Positions 1 through 12,289 of a stretch of DNA of 64,000 nt are shown here, in pieces; within the stretch, counting starts at the first letter, position 1; every line of letters starts with the position of its first letter. This stretch comes from Epiperipatus broadwayi (lineage: Eukaryota; Animalia; Onychophora): contig JAQFVV010000002.1 of assembly GCA_028023455.1 (NCBI GenBank), positions 8,122,001 through 8,186,000 on the forward strand, written 5' to 3'. Below the pieces are notes generated by a model. That model was not told the origin of the DNA, made no database searches, and saw nothing but the letters and a program-made list of their open reading frames with translations. Position numbers and translations under genes: made by a program.

Positions 1-568
1 TTTCATCTCCAGTACTTAAGATTTGTCCATATATAAGCAATTGGGTTGGAAAGAATAAGTGGATTCATTTTATTCTTTCATAAATACTATATCTTGGGTT
101 GGGAATAAAAGTATTCATTTATTATTAACACTCGTAAAAAGCGCATGCATAATAGCTTGAGAAGGCTGATCTTTAATGTATTACAATTTATAAAACATAG
201 CGCTATAAAAACAAATGCTTATTTACATATGTTTAAGTTTCATTTGAGAGTGACGTTTAGTAAATTCTAAATAATTTCGCCGACGTCATTCATTCACACA
301 TCGTAACAGTAATTTAAAGTGAGCGGTCTATTCTCATGCTTTCATTTCCAGTACTTAAGATTTGCACATATATAAGCATTTGGGTTGGAAAGAATAAGTG
401 GATTCATTTTATTCTTTCATAAATACTAAATCTCGTGTTGGGAATGAAAGTATTCATTTATTATTAACACTCGTAAAAAGCGCATGCACAATAGCTTGAG
501 AAGGCTGATCTTTAATATATTACAATTTATAAAACATAGCGCTATAAAAATAAATGCTTATTTATATA
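1..568. repeat. Direct repeat with a 339-bp period (1-229 matches 340-568)
   Basis: TTTCATCTCCAGTACTTAAGATTTG...GCTTATTTACATA recurs at 340 as TTTCATTTCCAGTACTTAAGATTTG...GCTTATTTATATA with only scattered substitutions. The array may continue beyond the left window edge. Confidence 0.9.
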
Positions 569-3347
569 ATGAAAAGTGGAAAAAAAAAATAACTAGCCTT
601 TTCAGGATAAGGCCCCCTCCCCCCAAAGATTTTGTTTTGTTTTGATATTTGGTAATATTTTATGTTGTGAATTGTATTTTTCATTGCATATTCTATTTTA
701 ATTAAATAATCAGATCTTTCAACTATAGTATCAAAATATAGCTTTTATAAAGTTAATGGTTTAACTAATATTCCAGTAAGTTAATTCTATTTAATTAAAT
801 AATCAGTTCTCTCACTACAGTATCAAATACGAAAAAAAAAAAACCCTTGCTTTTTATAAAGTTTTCTGATTTTTTTTAATTAATATTTTGTGGATTTATT
901 GTTGATAACATTTTGTATTTTACAAGAAAATTAAATAAATCTAGACATATATTGTATAACATGGTAAAATGATTCTGACAATTATAATTATATTATATAA
1001 TGTGAAACTAATTATTGCACTCTTTCACACAAATGATAAAAATAATATATATCTTTAAAAATATTTAGTGATCAAATATGAAACAATAATTTATATTTGT
1101 CTTCAAAAAAAAAAAAAAGTGAACAATGCCATTTGCACACATTCACTCTATTTCCAATTGCGCACATAAGAACTATATTCACTATTACTGTTCAACTTCA
1201 TAAATAAAATCACTAATGTCTTAAGATTCCTAAGAAATATCCAAATATCAGTCTTTTATTCCTTCTCTAGATATGTTTCTCAATTTGTTTCATCAAAAAT
1301 ATCCATAGATTTCAAATTCTCAAAACTGATATGATTTCCAATATGCACAATGTTTTAATTGTAAAACTATTTGCACATTGTAATAAAATACATAATAAAC
1401 CAGCACATATGTTGCAGGCATGAATCACCAATATTTTCAATACAATATATTAATTTGTTTTAAAATTATTTTAAAAGAGATTTATTTACAACTATATATT
1501 ATTATATTAGTGATAAGTAAACTGCAGCTGTTTAATATATATATATATATTAACGTGAGTTAATCAAGCTATGAATGACAAAAATATTTCACTCATATTT
1601 CTAAAAAATATAGTTATATTTCCTGATTAACTCAACCTAAGAATTATTATGATTTCAATTGCTGGCAGAATCAGTTTTTAATTTATAAAAGAGGGCGCCA
1701 AAGTCGTTAGACTCACTGATTCTACGTCATATCGTAACTTATAAAGTAATAATTGCAAGATCTGGATTAACATTTACCGTCAACTTATTAAAAAAAAAAC
1801 TATTCTTCCTGGAATTAATTAAGAAATAATATTGGCAAAGGTAATTTATACACTACTCTAAAACTAAATAATAAAAATCTAACAATCAAAATTAACAATG
1901 TAACTAACTAAAAAATTAGGCACGTACAATGAAAGTTTTTTTTTATATTAAGCATTTAAAGACCTATAATAATAAAATTATGATATTGGAAAGAAACGCG
2001 CATACTCAGATAATTATTTTAACCATTTGAATTCAAATATCGCACTTTTAAGTAATAGATAACTAATGTCTTCTTTTTCTACACAGTAACAATTTATTAT
2101 TTAAAATTCAGTTTGCAAATCTTTTATCTAGATAAAAATTATGACCATTAACTTACCGGTAAGTTTCAAGTGTTTACTTAGGTGATTGATCTCCTTAGTA
2201 GTCTGATTCCTTTCGATGGATAGTCTGCAGTATTGTTTTTTATGGTTTCATTTCTTCCATATCTCTGATCCTGATTGAGGCAGGGTTAGACAAAGGTTTA
2301 GGTGACTTTTTTCCGAGAAGGTGTCGGCCATGATCTGGTTCTACTTGCACATGTGGAATAGGTTCACTTTAGATCTAAGTGGCAACATTTTATTATTAAT
2401 TTTAAAAAAATGCTGCACACGAAAACTTGACCAAAACACAGGTGAAAAAGCCCCTTTCCAATTTGTCCGCTCCTTTTATAGTCCAGATCATTTTTGAGAA
2501 GTCCTGCGCATATTTTCTTTATCCTTTGTTTTATTATTCTATAATCTTCCACATTATTTCTTTTTTTTTTTTTAGCTACCAAGTTTTTTTTTATGATTAT
2601 TTTCGCCATCTTTAATTAGCTTTGGAAACTTTGATTGTAATCTGGGTGTGGAATGTCTTTTCACTATCTGAATTAATTAATCTGCATGCACTTTCCAATA
2701 TCAACATTATTTTGATTAAATTACATAGATAAATAAAAAAAACAAAAATTAACTTTCATTATACGTTTTTTTTTTAAAATAATTATACTACTTAAAAAAA
2801 AATTAAATATCTTTTAAACGATCTTTGCATTTTACTCTTTTTGAAGAAGTTTTTTTTTTTAAATATTACATAATGCGAAATATATATTTGTACCATCTAT
2901 AAATAAATGGTAGAATATATATATAACAGGTAGCTCACACATTATATATAATTTGTTACATACTTCCTGATTAATCGAGAAAAAACTAGCAAAATACATA
3001 TATATATAAAACTATTTAAATTTAGTTTTTTACATATTAACAATAATATATCAAGTAATTTAATATAATTATTTCTTTTTATTATTCAATTTATGGTGGT
3101 ATTATAAACACGTATTTAAAAAATTGTAAGTATTGATTGCTTTTGTTAGTATTATTATTGAATATTTGATAAACTAAAAAAAATATACTGGAGAAAACTT
3201 CAGTTACAGATATGAAAATAGTATTATTATTAAATATTTGATAAATTAAAAAAAAAAAAAACCTATTGGAGAAAATTTGTTACAGATATGAAAATCAACA
3301 AAAATAAAAATTATGTACACCCGGGTCTTGTTTTTTGCGGATTTTTT

Positions 3348-4505
3348 GGTAATACATTGTCTGATCATCCACACCACGCGATGGCGCTGTTTCTATGCAA
3401 AAGCACAAAAATATTCTGTTTACAAGGCAGCTCATAGATCCTACGATCTGTAAACTGTTCAAACACTAGATGTTGTTGAAGTGCAGCCTTCCCCAACATC
3501 GCTAGCATGTGAACATTGTTAGCGACGAGTTGCAACCCATTCTATAGACATTACTCGCGACTATTGTACAGCATATGCTGCCGAATCGCTTTTTTGAAAG
3601 TAGTATGACTAATGTATTATTGGATTAGCTTACAGTAAAGCGTATCGGAGCTGAGTTGGAAATGTGTCAAAATTCCGTAAGGAATATGACGTTAGCTCTT
3701 AGAGAGCTCTGTCAAGAAAGCCTTTTTTCTAGTCCATACTGCCAAATTGACGGTCCCAGCATGACAGTGGAAGTCAATGAAACCATGTTCAATCAACGAA
3801 AAAATCACCAGGGCAGAATCCTTCCGCAACAATGGATATTCGGGGGTGTCTGTTGTGAGACAGCCGATTGTTTTGTGGCAGCTGTACACTCCTGATCTGC
3901 CAGCATTCTAATGCAGTCCATCCGTGAGAACATAAGGCCTGGTGCCAACATCTATTTTGATTGCTGGAAAGGATATAGAACTTCTGAATTGGAGGCTTCC
4001 GGATTTTACATGAGAGTCAATCACAAATACAATTATGTGGACTCTTGACACTGGTGTGCATACCCAGACCATTGAATGCCTTTGGGGTTCTGTCAAGTGG
4101 CGAAACAAGTGAACACGAAGAGAAGATCTTGAGAACTACATAGCAGAATTTCTGTGGAGACGTCTGAAAAAGAATCAAGACGCGTTCTGTGCCATCTTAG
4201 AAGAGATAAATTTACCAGCAGTGACCTGATATTGTTTGAGTCTCTATGAAATAGAAAGTTTTTTGGTTGTTGTTAAAACAAAAATTATGTAAATATAAAA
4301 TGTAAAAAAAAAGAAAAGGCAATTTCTTTGTATTTGTTTATGAATAAAAACCCGGTAAATGACAAAAAAAAACAACCCCCAAACAAATCCAAAAATTAAA
4401 AACATAAATCAAAAAAATAAAAACAGCCCGCTAATGTTATATCTATTTGTTTTTCACTAGCAACAGCATCATTGAGCAGTATGAATGATCAGACGATGTA
4501 TTACC
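3348..4505 (+). mobile_element. Merlin-superfamily (IS1016/IS1595-like) DNA transposon, decayed
   Basis: TIRs GGTAATACATTGTCTGATCAT (3348-3368) and ATGATCAGACGATGTATTACC (4485-4505), 1 mismatch. Flanks GATTTTTT / AATTTTTT form an 8-bp TSD with 1 mismatch. Internal DDE transposase remnants. Confidence 0.88.
3560..4180 (+). pseudogene. Merlin/ISXO2-type DDE transposase pseudogene
   Basis: Pieces across frames: VEVNETMF..RKNHQGR..QQWIFGGVC; ENIRPGANIYFDCWKGY; VNHKYNYVD..GVHTQTIECLWGSVK; ENYIAEFLWRR. Several stops and frameshifts. Confidence 0.88.
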
Positions 4506-4580
4506 AATTTTTTTAATGCAATTTTGAAGATATGCAATTCGGGTTTCTTCTTAATATCTTTGTATGCGGTTTTCTTTTAT

Positions 4581-4728
4581 GCGATAAAAATTATTAGATC
4601 AGAAGTCGAGCTCCAATAAAGTGCTATTACTTTAAATATAAATTTCGTGCACTCACACGTCACATTTAAAGTAATAGGCATTATCGGAGTTCCACTTCCA
4701 TCTGATAGTTTCAATATTTTCAGCGCTT
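4581..4728. mobile_element. MITE-like imperfect inverted repeat (about 45-bp arms)
   Basis: ATTAGATCAGAAGTCGAGCTCCAATAAAGTGCTATTACTTTAAAT (from 4593) is the approximate reverse complement of ATTTAAAGTAATAGGCATTATCGGAGTTCCACTTCCATCTGAT (to 4706). Confidence 0.6.
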
Positions 4729-4983
4729 TATAATAGTACTGTAATAGATTTTATGCAATAAAGAAGTTCATAATTCACTTAAAATCAGGATTTCCCCTTT
4801 TTATATACACACATTAAATTTTACAAGATTATAATGTAAATCTGTTCAAACTTTATAGATGCCTATACTATGCATCTTGTTGTTTTTGCATTTTAAATCA
4901 CATTCTATTTTTGCTTTTTTTAAAAAAAAGAGTATATAATCAATTAATCATTTAGTGTCCGCAAGTTTATTTTTAAAAGGTAA

Positions 4984-5191
4984 CAGTAGTGGGCACTATT
5001 AAATTTGACAATTAAAAATTAAAATATGATTTTTAATTGTAATAAACAATTTAAAAATTACGTAATGTGATGTAAAATTCATGTGATGTGAAACAATGAT
5101 TTTTAAATGGAATTGAAAATTAAAAAATTAAAGACAAAAATAAGAATTTAATTTTTAATTGTTAGTTTTAATTAAGTTTTGCCCAACAGTG
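4984..5191. mobile_element. Small MITE-like element
   Basis: Ends CAGTAGTGGGCA / TGCCCAACAGTG plus inverted subterminal ACAATTAAAAATTAAA. No TSD found. Confidence 0.4.
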
Positions 5192-6014
5192 GTGAATAGG
5201 TCTCTTTTTATTATTGTAAGTCTAGGTTCTTATTTTAAACTTTTAGTTTATCCTAATGGAGAGGAAAAAAACACCCAAGAAAATGAATTTCTTTGGAAAC
5301 AAAAATTTCAATTTTAGATCGCTTAGCGAAATGGGAAGGATCAACAGCAATTGGAAAACATTTGCTTGGTTGAGTCCACTATAAGAGCAATTAAAAAAAA
5401 AAGAAGTTGGCACTAGTTGTATTTCCTCTTGTGACGAATCTGATGTCTTACCAATTCACAAACGAACCTGCATATCATCAAATAGCGATAATGACTAAAA
5501 TATTGCACATGTATGAAAAATGTAAAATACTGTAAATTATGCTAAAAATATATTGTTTTGAATAAAATTAAATACTGTAGTTAATAAAAAAAGTTTGTCT
5601 TGTATCAATTTTTTTCAAATTTGAAATTTTTTATTAGTCATATTTTATTTCCTTATTTTTTTTATGCGAATTTTAAAGTAACTTTATGGTATTGTTTTAT
5701 GCGATTTTTGAAAATTACAGTAGATATCTCCCATTTTCAAGGTAAGTTAAGTCTATTTTTGTGCATGTTTTTTGAGGAAACTACCTACTGCATAAAACGA
5801 GACCCAGGTGTTATTAATAAAAGAAATTCAAATAGAAAATAAAAATTATTCAAGGAAAATTTAAAAAAATACAGTTTTTTTTGCAGTGAATTATAAAAAA
5901 AATAAGCAAGTCAAAAGTCTTGATTAGTAATTAAATGAAAAATAAAATAGGAGAGCAGATGGAAAATTGTGAATTCTTTCAAAGGTAGAAAGACATAGAG
6001 TTTAATAGTGATTT

Positions 6015-6847
6015 TTTTTTTTTTTTAACTTTATTAGTAACAAAATATTTACAAGAATTAGTATATTTACATTAAGAGCTTTTTACATTTTTTTTTAATA
6101 ATTTTTAATTTCTTAGGATGTTTTTAGAATATAATGATTTGAAACAAGATGATTACTGTCATCGCATTAATGAGCAACTAAGGAATACATTGCTTTGCAG
6201 TATTTTTTTTGTGACATTACTAGGTATATATTTCTGAGCATAAAGATAAATGTTATACCATTCTTTGTTTTTTTTTTTAAGTACATTATACTTTTTGTTA
6301 TCAAATATTACAGCACAACAGGCAAGCCATATTGTTCTCAGAGTGTGAACAGATACAAGGGCATTGAATGGTTTTAAATTCTTTATATTATTTATTAGGA
6401 CATTTTTAAAATTAATTGTATCCTTGTGGAATACAAAGCGACGTAAGGTTGAAAAGTATGAACATGTCTCAAAGATATGTGATGTATTTTCCAGGAGCAA
6501 ATTGCATAGTACACAAGTAGGATCAATGTTTAGTTTAAATCTATTTATGAGAAATAACTTTGTTGGAATTATATCAAGTAGCAGATTATACAGGAATTTT
6601 AACCATGAGTGAGGCACGTATAAATTTTGAAATTTAGTCAGTGTTCTTGCAGTAAATAGTGTTGACCAAAGTTGATTTAAGATGTGATATATTTAAGACT
6701 AAAATAGGATTAAAAAAAGGAAGTATAAAAAATGGTTAGATTCAGTTTAATATACAGTATAATAAAATGTTAGTACTTAGTAACAGAACAAAATAAAAAT
6801 AATAAATTATAGAAAAAAAGCTGACACATTGAAAAGATGGTAAAAGG
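6015..6847 (-). mobile_element. 5'-truncated L1/Tx1-like LINE 3' end with poly(A) and probable 10-bp TSD
   Basis: ORF 6159-6617 encodes a zf-RVT-type C-terminus (WLKFLYNLLLDIIPT...CVLCNLLLENTSHIFETC). T15 run at 6012-6026 is the poly(A). ATAGTGATTT occurs at 6005-6014 and 6848-6857. Confidence 0.75.
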
Positions 6848-7579
6848 ATAGTGATTTATAAAAAAAAAATAATAAACCGAGTAATGTCTTTTGCTTTTAT
6901 ATTGTGAGATGATATACTTTAAGTAAGTTTTGGATCTATTGGAGTCTAAACCTATTTTTAGTTTTTCTTTTAATAAATCCAAGATCTAATATTGTTTATT
7001 GATATAATGAATTACCTTCAAATTCTCAATCAGAATTAATAAATTACAAGTGAATCTGGATTCAGGGAATGATTCAAAAATTGTACTCTACAAATGAGTT
7101 TGTGAAGAATTTCTGACATTTATAAAATACGCTGAAGTGATAAAAACCAATGTGCAATTCATATCAATTTTCATAATATTATGTATTGTTGTAAATCACT
7201 GTACTCTATAATAAACTTCATAAGGATAAAGCATTTTCCCATACTTATAAACCAACATTGGATTGAAATAATTCATATTGTCATGATAACACGTCTGGAT
7301 TATCAACAACTCTCAATGAAAATAATGCTTATAAAATTTCCACCACAAAAATATTAATGTCATATCAAATTAAAATATAGATCAGATTAATTCAACTCAA
7401 GATATTTCTAATCTTGATTATGATGATTATAACATAACTAGTCTAAATTTTAATATGAGAATTCCAACTGTTCTTTACAATTCTTTTTTAAATTATAATA
7501 ATGAGTATACACTTGTAATCACAACTACAAATAAGAATTGTAACCTAGTGGCATTTGAGAGCTTAAAAAAATTTATGGA

Positions 7580-7799
7580 AAAAGCTAGTGTACAATACTA
7601 TATTTTGAATGAATTGTTTTGCTGATTTTGTTATATTTAGCTAGAACTAGCTAAATTATACTAAACTGCTGTGTTAAAGTATTAAAATTCATCAATTTTG
7701 AGAATTTGAAGCCTGGCCGCATTTGAGGGGTCAAAGGTCGCTAGAAAAAAGCTAGTGTACAATACTATAATTTGCATGAATTTTTTTGCTGATTTTGTT
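7580..7799. repeat. Direct repeat of about 54 bp (7580-7633, 7745-7799) next to a LINE ORF1-like remnant
   Basis: AAAAAGCTAGTGTACAATACTATA...GCTGATTTTGTT occurs twice. The adjacent ORF has SYATVVK, typical of LINE ORF1 linkers (weak evidence). Confidence 0.6.
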
Positions 7800-8309
7800 C
7801 CTAAGTCTAATGATAATGTAAATATGCACAATGAACCCAATTTTTTATATACAAATTCACAAGTGTCAGACAAACAATCTTATGCTACAGTAGTCAAAAG
7901 AAATGCAATTGAGAATCATAAAGTAAGCAGTACTATTATTTCTGCTCAATATAACCATGATTGAAAAAACGGACATTAAATTACCATTTTGTGGTATGTT
8001 TTGTGCATTTTTTTTTTCAATATTAACATCGATGCTTAATTTATTTAAGATAATAATCACTATACTGAAAACATTTTGTACATATTTGGATACTTTGTGA
8101 CAAATGAAAAACATCGACAAACAAATCTCATAATTAGGAGTAAACATATTTCTAACTCTTAACTCAGAAGGTTGTGATAGATTTTTTTATAATAAACTAT
8201 CTCTTAAATTAATAAAAAAAAAAAAGTGATATAATGATATCTTAAAAAATAATTAATACTATTTTTTATATCAATTATAAAAAATAAAAACTATCTAATT
8301 ATTACTTAC

Positions 8310-8368
8310 AGGTACTTTTCCTCCACCACTTTTTGTGTTAATTCGAAGATCAACAACATTTCCATATG
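8310..8368 (-). CDS. G3BP: G3BP/Rasputin internal 59-nt exon (RRM part)
   Basis: Acceptor ttttgtttcttag, donor GTAAGT. Encodes (A)YGNVVDLRINTKSGGGKVP, matching G3BP RRM SYGNVVELRINSGGKLP. The 2-nt phase start completes the 1-nt phase end of the exon at 59,658. Confidence 0.9.
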
Positions 8369-10460
8369 CTAAGAAACAAAATAATAAATAATCTGAAATA
8401 AGTTAATATACAAAAGGGAGGGGGGCATAAAATTGTTTCTATGAATTCATTTTCTATAAGATTTATTATATCTAAATAAATACCATAAGGGAGGGTGGGG
8501 CAAGATTTCCTAAGAGCAGTCATATAGTATGTAAAGCATAAAAAATAAAGATTCAAATAAAAAAATTAATTTAGTTAATGTTCTACTCACACTACCAATG
8601 AGAGAAAAATTACCTTTAAATTACTTTGCAAAAAAAAAAAGTGATAGGTAAGGCTAACAACTTTAGTAGATGAGCAATCACAGTTTTAAATAATGGTGTA
8701 TAAAATATTACCTACCTTTTCATTAATTATAATTTTAAAACAAGTAAAAATTTAATGTACTTAGAAATAAAATTCTCCCCTCCACTGTCCTCTCCATAAA
8801 GGCATCATATTACACTCGTTTGTTTTAAATCAATATTCATCCGGCAATCCAGATTAACCTGGAACTAATACCTTAGAGTTAGTAGCAAAACTTTCCCTTT
8901 GCTGATCCAATAACTGGATGGTTACTCAGGCATGACTACGTTCAATTACTAGAGAAAAAATTCCTAAGCCTGCTTATAATCTAAAGTTTCCTAAATCATT
9001 CAACCTCTATACACAACCATGAGTTGTGGACATTAAAAGCTGATTTATTAACTACTATGCCATAAAGGCTCAATTACAATAAGAACCTTCATATATGACA
9101 TAAAACACAAATGCTATATTAGAAGATTAATATTTAATGGAAGCATTTAATAATAATAATCACACATATTTTAAAGCATGTAATAAGAATAAAATTTCCA
9201 ATTTTGAAACAAAATTTCCTGTATGAATATGTTATAAAACTACATTTAATTATAATAAAAAATCAATTTCTGAATGTTACAACTTTGACATGATATAAGG
9301 AATGGAATATTCTCTATATAAAAGATAAAACATCACTCAAGGACCAATAAATAGCATATCGCCCAAATTACTTAACTGCAAATAATGTCAATTTTTCTGG
9401 CTGAAATTAACAAAGATATTTATCATTTTGTGTTTACTGACTATGCACTGATAAAAAAAAAAAAAATGATAAAAACTCACAAGGATATTTATAGCAAAGA
9501 AAGACAAAATATACCCATTGTTTACTCAGATAAAATATTCTAGTAATGTCAAAAAATATTATTTACATTTAATAGTTTAAGATGATATAAAGTCCTTTTG
9601 CTTTTTTTTTATAATTATTCAGATACTTCAATATTTGCTAACACTCACTATAATGGATAATTTTTCTTTAATGTTTATGGCGTGTATCGATTTGTTCACG
9701 CCACAACAAAATCAAAAAATATGCATAATTTTTTCGCCATATTTTGCTTCTATTATTAACAAAGTCAGTTATTTTAAGCAACAATAAGAGTTGATTTTTT
9801 TTGATCTAGCTACAATGTATCCCCGATATATATATATATGTATTTGGGGGAAAAATTACATAATATAAATAAGAGATATCAATAGGTATGTTAAAATATA
9901 TTATTTTTTATAGTTGCAATATTTAAAATATGTTGTGCATTTTTTGTTTAAATAAAGTTAATATTATCAAGTTGTAATTTAATAATTAATTTATTGATAA
10001 TTTTATAGAAATGCTTTTAAAATTCAATATTTGCTATTTGTATAATGCTAAAGTCAATTTATTGTAATTGTATTAATGTAAAAATATTAATTTATATAAT
10101 ATGTAAAGGAAAATCACAGTGATTTCCAAAATCATATCAAACGGAAAAATAAAACTCAAACAATTAAAGAACAAGAAAATATAAAACAAAATTCCAATTA
10201 TTGTCAGGCATTAGTCAACAATAATTCACAAAATCACGTTAACCAACATGAAATTAGGTCCGCTACTTGCAGTGGCCGGGATGAAGCCATCGGTCACGGC
10301 AGTGCAGATTTTATGAAGAAAGATCATCCATCAGAGAATAATCACAACTCAAAACTGAAATTAAACAACAAAAATCAAATTAGTAATAACACATTTATTA
10401 TAAAATCATCAAACAATGAAATAATTCATAGCATATCCACAGGAAATAATGACGTATTAA

Positions 10461-12143
10461 TTGGGAAAAATAGTAATGTTAAACCTTCAGGAAAAGGGCG
10501 CAAAATGGAAATCTAGGAAACCCCGTCAATACTTGCATGTATTCAGGAAATCTAATATTGCAACAGATTTAAACGATAATACTCAAGCAAATAAAAATAA
10601 AACACATATAAATCAACCACAAACAAGCTTTAATGCACAAAATAGAAACACATATGCTAATATAGCAAAAATAAGAGTAACAGATAAAAACTCGTCCTAT
10701 TCTAGCTCAGGAAATCGCAACACAACAGTAACTGAAAATGCATTACGGGTAAACCCAACTAACTCAACACTACTTGATCTCATGGAAGATAATTTTAACA
10801 AACAACAACCCGCTAATATATCCACAGATAAATACATATTCACAACAGACAACTATGAAGAAGACCAATATAATCATCTATCATTTCGATTTAATAGCAC
10901 CATCCCTAATCTTTTGCTTAAATCACTGCTGAATTATAATAGTGACAAGAGTCTCGTCATGGCCATCACAGACCCTAACTACTCACTTATCAAATTCCCC
11001 ATAGACTCATTCTGTGCAATGATCAAAGAAGGGTCTATGGGTGTGGGCATTCACAGAATACTAACACATCCCAACAACCGCTATATAGCGGTCGAGTTAG
11101 AAACTTGGGCCGAAAGAAATAATTTCAAAGTCAACAATAGGACCATCAATAACCATTTTATTTGCTATATTGACTTCAATAGATTCTCAGTATTATCTGA
11201 CAGGATAAAAAACTGCATTTCTGGTTTTGAAGATCAGCTTCAAAGCACCCTCAGCCCATTTGGAAAGATATACAAATTTGTATATTTACCAGGAGATAGG
11301 GCTGGTGATGCAATATTATCTAACACTGCTGTGTTTGAATTGCATCTGAAACAAGGAATTAAACCTACAGATATACCCACTACCATCAGTTTCAAGGGAG
11401 CTCCCATGATTCTTACATTTCTGGGAGTAAGACCCCAATGCTTTGCTTGTGGTCAAAGAACACATTTGATCAGCGAGTGCATGACAAGGAATTGCTCCCA
11501 GTGTGAAGAAAGAAAAAACCAAAACCATAAATGTTCGGAAATAGACCAAAATGTGCAACCCTTACCCAAAACAAACCAAAGTGATAAGCAGTGTTTCACA
11601 ATAAACCAAAATATTAACAAACCAATTCACTTCAAAGAGATAACCAATTACTAAGTTTTAAAACTTCATTAAACCTACCACACACCACAAACAAACAAAA
11701 ACACACAAAAGTGCTCAAGTAACAATGTATCTATACTAACAAAGATAAAATCAAAAGATTTGAACACAGCTACACACAATCAAAAACAACCATACAATCT
11801 GATACACACCAACAATCAGGATAAAATGCTACCTTCGCAAAACCATATACCAGATCTCAATAGAGGCAAGACTCAAAACAAAATAATTAAGAAGTCGTCT
11901 TTTAAAAACAAAATACACATTGAATCTGAGTATAAACCTAATGATGAAACTGAAATGGAGCTTACACAATCCATAATTATAAAAAATAAAAGAAAATCTT
12001 TCCCAAACCAAAAGCCAGACTCAGAAGATGAAGGTTGTAGTTCCATAGCCCCAGCAAATACTATTAAATCTAGCACAACAAGCAGTATCAAGAAGATAAG
12101 AAAGACAAGTAACCCTATAATCCCAATCCATCAAATGGAATAG
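10461..12143 (+). pseudogene. LINE ORF1 (RRM-like region plus CCHC zinc knuckle), frameshifted
   Basis: 397-aa ORF with LSPFGKIYKF and CFACGQRTHLISEC; continues out of frame into the basic tail at 11,760-12,143. Confidence 0.8.
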
Positions 12144-12289
12144 ATAGAGAAGACACGTGAATCTGTCAATCTTTTAACACCAACCTTTTCAGAAGATTCT
12201 CAAGACCTCCGACGAAATATAAGATCAAAAACCAATTCACCATCTATAAATCCGCTTGCGGTTATCTATAGCGATCACCAACACAGTGC

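Noticed and set aside
2150-2165. Perfect 16-bp palindrome AACTTACCGGTAAGTT with a GTAAGT donor on both strands, as the end of the next G3BP exon
   Set aside because: No adjacent frame encodes the expected NFGFVVF continuation. The next exon appears to lie outside the window and the palindrome is probably chance.
2364-2615. Overlapping ORFs of 81 and 62 aa
   Set aside because: Low-complexity K/F/I-rich translations of A/T runs with no recognisable motif.
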